A DNA stretch of 64,000 bases, from the NCBI RefSeq assembly GCF_003019035.1, contig NZ_CP027447.1, one strand, 5' to 3'. This DNA is from Escherichia coli (GTDB taxonomy: Bacteria; Pseudomonadota; Gammaproteobacteria; Enterobacterales; Enterobacteriaceae). The notes below the pieces were generated by a model. That model saw only the letters and a program-made list of their open reading frames with translations, was not told the DNA's origin and searched no databases. This document shows, piece after piece, positions 56,770 through 64,000 of this stretch. How positions within the stretch are numbered: the stretch's first letter is position 1; every line of letters begins with the position of its first letter. The position numbers were made by a program, and so were the translations under genes.

Positions 56770-58022
56770 CGCCCTCGCAAGGTAATACGTTCGATTAGAA
56801 CGAACAATATCAAAAAGAAGATCAGTAACAATACATATGCCGGCCCAGCAAAATAAGTTCCAAATGAAGGTGAAATGAGAATTATAGAAAGCAAAAAAAA
56901 GGATGCAGAGTTCGTAATTACTTTTGCATTAAACATTTTAAGCTTAGCAAAAATATAGCCATAAAAGATATTCATAGGTGAAAGAAAAGTTAAAATGATC
57001 AGTCCAACATATCCATAATCAACAAAATTATCCATCCCTTTTGAAAAAGCAGGTGTATGCCCCGACTCTGCAGCTCCTGGATAATAGATTTCATTTACAT
57101 GCAGAAATCCATATACAAAAGGTTTATCAGGAAACAAACCTCTCGGTATATAAGACCAAAATTGGCTGAAATAGACTGTGCCATTGAAAAACTTAACCAC
57201 ACCTTTATCAATATCTTGTAGCAAATAAATACTGTTTTGATACTGGTCAAAATAAGACAATACTACATCGACATTCATATTTCCAATAGCTAAAAATAAA
57301 TTATAGAGAATGGCACACGCTGCCAGGGGTGTAACTAAAATCAGGCCAAATTTTAGAAATCTAGATTTATTAAGACTTAACACTGCAAGATAAAAAATCG
57401 CAAATGAAAGAATAAAGGTTTTCGATCCAAGAAAAAAAACCAAGGTACAATAGAATATCGCGCATAAAAATAATTTTATTTCCGAGCGTAAAGCCAACGC
57501 CCTGGAAAAATAAGATACCGAAAGCATACTTAAAGAAAAGGCATATAAAACACCATTACCTTCTCGATAGTTTTGATAACCATCCCTGGGATTCGTCAAC
57601 CATCCAGAAATACCTATTTCTGACTTTGAAGAAAGAAGAACAAATAATGTAATAAACAGAACCAATGTAATATTTGATATTCTTTTTAATTTTGTATGCG
57701 AAATTAAGCAAGTTAAATAGATCTCTCTATTTTTGAATGCTATATTAAAAATAAAATAAAAGAAAATTATAGATAAAACACCCACAAAAGAGTATATGTT
57801 ATATATAAATAAAGCCTCATTATAATATTGATTTAAAGCAAAGTCTGAACCGTAGAAAAGAGGAGCCAAAATATTTTCCAATAGAAAAACCGGAAATAAA
57901 ATAATGGCGTAAATGGTAAAGGGATTGATAATTGTAAGTCTTAGCGTTTTCGTCGCTAATAAAGAAAAAGAATAATATAGTACTATAGCTAGTGTAACAT
58001 TTAAACAATATATTATTACCAC
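56766..58022 (-). CDS. wzy: O-antigen polymerase
   Basis: 418-aa, highly hydrophobic multi-TM ORF with a large loop, AT-rich, no recognisable enzyme motif; typical of Wzy inside an O-antigen cluster. Confidence 0.65.
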   Translation of the reverse strand: MVIIYCLNVTLAIVLYYSFSLLATKTLRLTIINPFTIYAIILFPVFLLENILAPLFYGSDFALNQYYNEALFIYNIYSFVGVLSIIFFYFIFNIAFKNREIYLTCLISHTKLKRISNITLVLFITLFVLLSSKSEIGISGWLTNPRDGYQNYREGNGVLYAFSLSMLSVSYFSRALALRSEIKLFLCAIFYCTLVFFLGSKTFILSFAIFYLAVLSLNKSRFLKFGLILVTPLAACAILYNLFLAIGNMNVDVVLSYFDQYQNSIYLLQDIDKGVVKFFNGTVYFSQFWSYIPRGLFPDKPFVYGFLHVNEIYYPGAAESGHTPAFSKGMDNFVDYGYVGLIILTFLSPMNIFYGYIFAKLKMFNAKVITNSASFFLLSIILISPSFGTYFAGPAYVLLLIFFLILFVLIERITLRGR

Positions 58023-58032
58023 ATCCTCCCCC

Positions 58033-58842
58033 CTATCTTAAACCGAATAATTTGCGCTTAATTGATTTTGTTTTTTGATATAATGCTTGAGGAACAATCA
58101 CTTTAAATAAAACTTGCAATGAATTATAGACAGCAAATTTTATTTTATATGATAAGGGCATATGAATATTATTTTTAGCTAGAATATAAGCAATTTCTTT
58201 CTTGACTAATTTTTTATTAGATTCATTTGAACTTACACCCGAAGCATCCATTATGGATACAGGAAAATTCACATAATGCATCGTAGATGGATCTATTGTT
58301 CTTATCATAAAATCACTATCAGCAGCAATTTTTAGTGTTGTATCAAAGCGATTAGCATTATCTTTAAAAAAGCTAGAATGCTGGAAAGTACCCTGATGAG
58401 GAGGAAGTGAAGGCCGACCACATTCCCACTTTTTCTTTATTTTTCCGTAAACTCCAACTATATTATCTTCATCACTAAAATATACATCACCATATATAGT
58501 TGTTGCACTCATATTTTCGTGAATGGCATTTGCTATTTTTGAAAGAGTATTATTTTCATAGAATGTATCGCCAGCTCCCATAAAAATAACCCAATCGCCA
58601 TTTATGTGAGGAAGAGCTTTATTCCAAGCGTCGTATATTCCTTGATCAGATTCGCATAAAAAATAATCTATAATATCAATATATCTATAAATATATTCTA
58701 GTGTTGATTTGTTAGAGTTGCCGTCTATAACAATCCATTGAATATTACAATAATTTTGATTTTTAATAGATTCCGCAGTCTTGCAGAAATCTTCCTCACA
58801 ATTATACGTCGATGTTATTATAGTAATCTGTAAGCCATTCAT
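58033..58842 (-). CDS. Family-2 glycosyltransferase (GT-A fold)
   Basis: 269-aa ORF with ITIITSTYNCEEDF…VIDGNSNKST…DQGIYDAWNKA…; paralogous to the 51004..51750 ORF. Confidence 0.75.
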   Translation of the reverse strand: MNGLQITIITSTYNCEEDFCKTAESIKNQNYCNIQWIVIDGNSNKSTLEYIYRYIDIIDYFLCESDQGIYDAWNKALPHINGDWVIFMGAGDTFYENNTLSKIANAIHENMSATTIYGDVYFSDEDNIVGVYGKIKKKWECGRPSLPPHQGTFQHSSFFKDNANRFDTTLKIAADSDFMIRTIDPSTMHYVNFPVSIMDASGVSSNESNKKLVKKEIAYILAKNNIHMPLSYKIKFAVYNSLQVLFKVIVPQALYQKTKSIKRKLFGLR

Positions 58843-58848
58843 CTTAAC

Positions 58849-59559
58849 TCACTTATTTTTCATGGCAATATATTTTAATCTTAATTCTTTAATTAAGGTC
58901 TTTACTTTACTATCAGTGGAATACTCAATATTAAACGTGCCAGAGACTCCTCTTATTTTGGGAATAGTTGTTCCAATAACTCCTTTTAATTTATTATTTT
59001 TAATTTGCTCAAAAAAAATGTGTTCTAAATAAACACCATCAAGGTCACGCACAGATTTATAAGAATTAGCAAAAAAGTCCCAATATATTTTTTTATTTAC
59101 AACATAAAACCTTGTATCAATCATATTTTCATTCAGAAAAGGAACTGGTATAAAAAAAGCTTTACCATTGAATGCTTTTATACATTGCTTATAATTATCG
59201 ACGTATAGTTTTGATGTTATTTTTGCGAAACTTTCAGCATTAGACAAATAGCGACTATTCATTAATGCATACTCAATTATTTCACCCTCTCCGTAACCTT
59301 TACCATAAGATTTAACACTTTCTGTATCATTTTTGAAATGTATTATCTCGATCGAATCTTTATTAAGTATTTGTTTATCATTATGAATATCTTTCGTCAA
59401 ATCATAATCACTACCATCACATATTACTATAGAATCAGCATTCTTAGACAATTCTCTTATCGCTTTCAATGTATGTAATAATCTTGAATTTTCATCAGAA
59501 AGATTTGTAAGAGGAGCATTAGGTGAGATACAAGAAGTCACTAATACTGGGATTTTCAT
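58849..59559 (-). CDS. Hypothetical protein within the O-antigen cluster (possible novel glycosyltransferase or modifying enzyme)
   Basis: About 236 aa from MKIPVLVTSCISPNAPLT… (ORF track starts at an upstream Met that would overlap wzx); no motif I can assign; soluble-looking. Confidence 0.5.
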   Translation of the reverse strand: MKIPVLVTSCISPNAPLTNLSDENSRLLHTLKAIRELSKNADSIVICDGSDYDLTKDIHNDKQILNKDSIEIIHFKNDTESVKSYGKGYGEGEIIEYALMNSRYLSNAESFAKITSKLYVDNYKQCIKAFNGKAFFIPVPFLNENMIDTRFYVVNKKIYWDFFANSYKSVRDLDGVYLEHIFFEQIKNNKLKGVIGTTIPKIRGVSGTFNIEYSTDSKVKTLIKELRLKYIAMKNK

Positions 59560-60800
59560 TTTTTCTTTTCCAGCCTCAACGAAATTAACATTAGTATAAA
59601 ATAATCGGCGGTGACTCTTGCGCTCCAGGCATAAGCCACACCTGCTACAGAAAAATACATAATTGAAAAATATAAAACTAGCAGATATGGAATACATTCA
59701 ACAAGATGAATGAGACCCGTAATTTTTGCATAACCTTTCGATTGGATTTGAGCAAATGGAACTTGAGCAAGAGAGTTGAATACAAAACCTACTAATAATA
59801 TTTGAAATATATAAGGACTCTCAGCGCTATATTGTTTTCCAAGCCATAAAGTTATAATATCACTAGCCTTCAAAGAAAACATAATAGATATAACTATACT
59901 AGTTACACTTATTAATAACGTAGCCTCTTTTATTATTTTTTTTCGCTCATTTTTTGTATTATTCTTGCATAGAGCAGGAAAAATTGTCCTTGCTATAGTT
60001 GTCGGTAATATAAGTAACTTTGAAATTGCATCCGCAGGAGCAATATATAACGAAGCTTTAGCAGGGCCAACTGCATTTGATAAGATAAATCGGTCAATAT
60101 TTGTAAGCAATGGGTTAATTATACTACTAATACTCGCCCATCCTCCAAAACTTAATAGTGCTTTTGTTTTACTTAGACTAAAATCCATTGTAAGCCTATT
60201 ATTTCTAAAAACAAAGAACACGCTTAAAAGAGCACCAGTTATTCTCGCAATCACCAATCCCAAAGTAGCATTAAGCAAACCAACATTTCCATGAATGAAA
60301 ATAACTGGTAGTAGCGCAGTTAACACACCTGTAATTGTTTTTTGTACATTTAATAATTTGAATTTTTCATATCCTTCTAATATCCCCCAACAAACCATAT
60401 TAAGAAGATAAAATGGCAGACAGTAGGATAAAACACTTATAGCATATGCAACACTTTCAGTTTGTTCCGGACCACTAATTAAGGATGCAATCTTATGGTT
60501 GCAGTAATAAAAAATTACGGATACAACAACACCAATAGATAATGTTAATAAAAATGATGTTGTAATTATTTGACTGATTGCCTTTTTGTCGTTTTTATTT
60601 AATGATATTTCACGTACAACGGCTCGCGAAAGTCCGAGATCAAATATACTTGCGTATCCAACTATTGTAAAAAACATTAAAAAAAAGCCAAAGTTAGTTA
60701 TTCCTAACTCCCTTGCCAAATACCCCATCGCAGGTATTGACAATAAAGTTGGGATTGCATACCCAGCCAAATTTATTAAACTATTTATTTTAATACTCAT
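59556..60800 (-). CDS. wzx: O-antigen flippase (MOP / polysaccharide-biosynthesis family)
   Basis: 414-aa ORF with about 12 predicted TM segments; position next to the rml genes is typical. Confidence 0.75.
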   Translation of the reverse strand: MSIKINSLINLAGYAIPTLLSIPAMGYLARELGITNFGFFLMFFTIVGYASIFDLGLSRAVVREISLNKNDKKAISQIITTSFLLTLSIGVVVSVIFYYCNHKIASLISGPEQTESVAYAISVLSYCLPFYLLNMVCWGILEGYEKFKLLNVQKTITGVLTALLPVIFIHGNVGLLNATLGLVIARITGALLSVFFVFRNNRLTMDFSLSKTKALLSFGGWASISSIINPLLTNIDRFILSNAVGPAKASLYIAPADAISKLLILPTTIARTIFPALCKNNTKNERKKIIKEATLLISVTSIVISIMFSLKASDIITLWLGKQYSAESPYIFQILLVGFVFNSLAQVPFAQIQSKGYAKITGLIHLVECIPYLLVLYFSIMYFSVAGVAYAWSARVTADYFILMLISLRLEKKK

Positions 60801-60816
60801 TTTTAATTATCTTTTG

Positions 60817-61359
60817 TCAATAATTATTTTGTATAAATGGAGTACCCAAACAATCTTTTTGTGATATAAGAGGTTCTTTGTATAATTGCCAATCTATGTT
60901 AAGTAAAGCATCATTCCAAATAATACATTTCTCATGTTCTTTTGAGTAAAAATTATTGGTCTTATACAATATTTCTGAACCTTCTTCTTTTACATAAAAA
61001 CCATGCGCAAACCCTTCCGGGATCCACAACTGGCGCTTATTCTCAGCAGACAAATTCACTCCAACCCATTTCCCAAATGTAGGTGACGATTTACGAATAT
61101 CAACCGCAACATCAAAAACTTCACCAACAACACAGCGCACCAGTTTTCCTTGAGCATAAGGTTCTAACTGATAATGCAACCCTCGTAAAACACCTTTTCT
61201 GGACTTAGAATGATTGTCCTGAACAAACTCAACCTTACGCCCTACAACCTCTTCGAAAACTTTCTGATTAAAGCTTTCCATAAAGAAGCCACGTTCATCC
61301 CCAAAAACTTTTGGTTCAAAAATCAGCACATCAGGAATTTCAGTTTTAATTACGTTCAT
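60817..61359 (-). CDS. rmlC: dTDP-4-dehydrorhamnose 3,5-epimerase
   Basis: 180-aa ORF (MNVIKTEIPDVLIFEPKVFGDERGFFMESFNQKVFEE…). Confidence 0.9.
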   Translation of the reverse strand: MNVIKTEIPDVLIFEPKVFGDERGFFMESFNQKVFEEVVGRKVEFVQDNHSKSRKGVLRGLHYQLEPYAQGKLVRCVVGEVFDVAVDIRKSSPTFGKWVGVNLSAENKRQLWIPEGFAHGFYVKEEGSEILYKTNNFYSKEHEKCIIWNDALLNIDWQLYKEPLISQKDCLGTPFIQNNY

Positions 61360-61363
61360 CTTA

Positions 61364-62242
61364 TTAATAACCTTTAATCATTTTGAGCAGATACTGACCA
61401 TAAGCATTTTTCTTCAACGGTTCGGCTAATACTTTTACCTGCTCAGCATCAATAAACCCTTTACGATAAGCAATTTCTTCCGGACAGGAAACCTTTAGTC
61501 CCTGGCGCTCTTCAATGGTGGCAATGAAGTTGCTTGCTTCAATAAGACTTTGATGCGTCCCTGTATCCAGCCATGCATAGCCACGCCCCATCATAGCGAC
61601 AGACAAACGTCCTTGTTCCATATAAATACGGTTAATATCGGTAATTTCCAGTTCACCTCGGGCAGAAGGCTTAAGGTTTTTCGCCATTTCCACAACGTCA
61701 TTGTCATAGAAATAAAGCCCAGTAACCGCATAGTTACTTTTTGGTTCCAGCGGTTTTTCTTCCAGGCTAATTGCAGTACCGTTATTATCAAACTCCACGA
61801 CACCATAGCGTTCAGGATCATTAACGTGATAAGCAAATACCGTTGCACCGATTTCTTTGTTAACAGCAGCTTCCATTAATTTTGGCAAGTCGTGTCCATA
61901 GAAGATATTATCACCAAGCACAAGTGCACAATCATCACCTCCAATAAAGTCTTCACCAATGATAAACGCTTGCGCCAGGCCATCCGGACTCGGTTGTACT
62001 TTATACTGTAGATTAAGCCCCCATTGGCTCCCGTCCCCCAACAAATGTTGGAAACGCGGTGTATCCTGTGGAGTACTGATAATAAGAATATCGCGAATAC
62101 CCGCTAACATAAGCGTTGAAAGCGGATAATAAATCATAGGTTTATCATAAATCGGCAACAGTTGTTTACTCACGGCCATAGTCACAGGATAAAGACGAGT
62201 GCCGGAACCACCAGCTAAAATAATACCTTTACGCGTTTTCAT
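61364..62242 (-). CDS. rmlA: Glucose-1-phosphate thymidylyltransferase
   Basis: 292-aa ORF ([60 protein letters not shown]…). Confidence 0.93.
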   Translation of the reverse strand: MKTRKGIILAGGSGTRLYPVTMAVSKQLLPIYDKPMIYYPLSTLMLAGIRDILIISTPQDTPRFQHLLGDGSQWGLNLQYKVQPSPDGLAQAFIIGEDFIGGDDCALVLGDNIFYGHDLPKLMEAAVNKEIGATVFAYHVNDPERYGVVEFDNNGTAISLEEKPLEPKSNYAVTGLYFYDNDVVEMAKNLKPSARGELEITDINRIYMEQGRLSVAMMGRGYAWLDTGTHQSLIEASNFIATIEERQGLKVSCPEEIAYRKGFIDAEQVKVLAEPLKKNAYGQYLLKMIKGY

Positions 62243-62300
62243 TTCACCATTCCTTTTAATTCATCCCGCTCTGGCATCATAAGCGAGATGCAAAAATTTG

Positions 62301-63200
62301 TTAAATTGCCGTAGTCGTAAATAATTCGTTGAGCATTCGTTTCACACCCACCTGCCAGTCAGGCAAGACAAGCGCAAAGTTCTGCTGAAACTTTTCTGTA
62401 TTGAGGCGAGAGTTATGGGGTCGACGGGCTGGTGTGGGATAGGCCGTTGTTGGCACGGCGTTAAGTTTGTTAAGAGCAAGGTTAATCCCTGCTTTGCGCG
62501 CTTCTTCAAATACCAGAGCGGCATAATCGTGCCAGGTTGTTGTACCGCCAGCAACCAGATGGTACAAACCAGCAACTTCTGGTTTGTCTACTGCTACGCG
62601 AATGGCATGAGCGGTGCAATCAGCCAGCAATTCGGCACCTGTTGGTGCGCCAAACTGATCGTTTATCACAGCCAGTTCTTCGCGCTCTTTTGCCAGACGC
62701 AACATTGTTTTGGCGAAGTTATTTCCTTTACCTGCATATACCCAGCTGGTACGGAAAATAATATGCTTCGCGCAATGTTTCTGTAACGCTTTTTCTCCGG
62801 CTAGTTTAGTTTCACCATAAACATTCAAAGGTGCTGTAGCATCCGTCTCCTGCCACGGTATTTCACCGGTTCCCGGAAATACGTAGTCAGTAGAGTAGTG
62901 AATAACCCAAGCGCCGACTTCATTAGCTGCTTTTGCAATCGCTTCGACACTTGTCGCGTTAAGTAATTGTGCAAATTCCGGTTCTGATTCCGCTTTGTCT
63001 ACTGCAGTGTGAGCAGCCGCATTAACAATAACATCAGGGCGAATTTTTTTGACAGTTTCAGCTACACCTTCGGGATTACTAAAATCACCACAATAATCAG
63101 TGGAGTGAACATCAAGAGCAATCAGATTACCCAGCGGTGCCAGAGCACGCTGCAGTTCCCAACCTACCTGCCCTGTTTTGCCGAATAGGAGGATATTCAT
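62301..63200 (-). CDS. rmlD: dTDP-4-dehydrorhamnose reductase
   Basis: 299-aa ORF ([33 protein letters not shown]…). Confidence 0.92.
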   Translation of the reverse strand: MNILLFGKTGQVGWELQRALAPLGNLIALDVHSTDYCGDFSNPEGVAETVKKIRPDVIVNAAAHTAVDKAESEPEFAQLLNATSVEAIAKAANEVGAWVIHYSTDYVFPGTGEIPWQETDATAPLNVYGETKLAGEKALQKHCAKHIIFRTSWVYAGKGNNFAKTMLRLAKEREELAVINDQFGAPTGAELLADCTAHAIRVAVDKPEVAGLYHLVAGGTTTWHDYAALVFEEARKAGINLALNKLNAVPTTAYPTPARRPHNSRLNTEKFQQNFALVLPDWQVGVKRMLNELFTTTAI

Positions 63201-64000
63201 TACTGGCGGCCCTCATAGTTCTGTTCAATCCACGACTGATAAGCACCGCTTTTCACATTCTCAACCCAATTTGTATTAGCCAGATACCATTCCACCGTTT
63301 TACGAATACCGCTCTCAAACGTTTCTTGCGGTTTCCAGCCCAATTCGCGGCTAATTTTATCGGCATCAATTGCATAACGGCGATCATGCCCTGGGCGATC
63401 AGCAACATAGGTAATTTGCTCACGATAAGATTTCTCTTTCGGGACTATCTCATCCAACAAATCACAAATAGTGAACACTACGTCGATGTTTTTCTTTTCG
63501 TTGTGTCCACCAATGTTATAAGTTTCGCCTGCTTTACCTTCGGTTACGACGGTATATAACGCTCGAGCATGATCCTCTACATACAACCAGTCGCGGATCT
63601 GATCTCCTTTGCCATAAATAGGTAATGCCTTACCTTCCAGTGCATTAAGAATAACCAGTGGAATAAGCTTTTCCGGGAAATGATAAGGACCATAGTTGTT
63701 CGAGCAATTAGTCACAATGGTCGGTAAACCATAAGTACGTTTCCATGCGCGAACCAAATGATCGCTGGAAGCTTTAGAAGCAGAATATGGACTACTTGGC
63801 GCGTATGCTGTCGTTTCCGTAAATAGCGGCAACGTTTCATTGCTATTTACTTCATCCGGATGGGGTAAGTCACCATACACCTCATCAGTAGAAATATGAT
63901 GAAAACGGAAGTTTTTTTTCTTTTCATCATCCAGACCAGACCAATAATTGCGCGCCGCTTCTAAAAGAACATAAGTACCCACAATATTGGTTTCAATAAA
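63200..64000 (-). CDS. rmlB: dTDP-glucose 4,6-dehydratase, C-terminal part (5' end beyond window)
   Basis: Reverse frame is open to the window edge; translation (…[28 protein letters not shown]…[33 protein letters not shown]…) is RmlB/RfbB-like; stop overlaps the rmlD start. Confidence 0.9.
   Translation of the reverse strand, partial: FIETNIVGTYVLLEAARNYWSGLDDEKKKNFRFHHISTDEVYGDLPHPDEVNSNETLPLFTETTAYAPSSPYSASKASSDHLVRAWKRTYGLPTIVTNCSNNYGPYHFPEKLIPLVILNALEGKALPIYGKGDQIRDWLYVEDHARALYTVVTEGKAGETYNIGGHNEKKNIDVVFTICDLLDEIVPKEKSYREQITYVADRPGHDRRYAIDADKISRELGWKPQETFESGIRKTVEWYLANTNWVENVKSGAYQSWIEQNYEGRQ

Overview
Enterobacterial (Escherichia coli-type) chromosomal segment covering yeeN to the start of the O-antigen cluster. 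Read by eye from the six-frame translations and the nucleotide sequence; no searches were run. Content in order: yeeN (3' part), three identical tRNA-Asn genes interleaved with yeeO, cbl, nac and ldtA; cobT-cobS-cobU; a cobalamin riboswitch-like leader and a 168-aa ORF where the cbi operon sits in Salmonella; pocR-pduF and a 19-gene propanediol-utilisation microcompartment operon (pduABCDEGHJKLMNOPQSTUV) that ends at pduV and abuts yeeX; the conserved yeeX-yeeA-sbmC-dacD-sbcB-yeeD-yeeE-plaP-yeeY-yeeZ block; hisL and hisGDCBHAFI; an IS200-type element; wzzB-ugd-gnd; and a visibly AT-rich O-antigen cluster (manB, GT2, manC, gmm, fcl, gmd, GT4, wzy, GT2, unknown ORF, wzx, rmlC, rmlA, rmlD, rmlB partial). 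I found no CRISPR array, prophage or recognisable defence or toxin-antitoxin system. The most interesting points are the pdu island lacking both the cbi genes and pduW/pduX, the apparently orphaned B12 riboswitch in front of cobUST, and the uncharacterised ORFs (8885..9391 and 58849..59559). Nothing here is demonstrably a new system; the candidates are flagged with modest scores.
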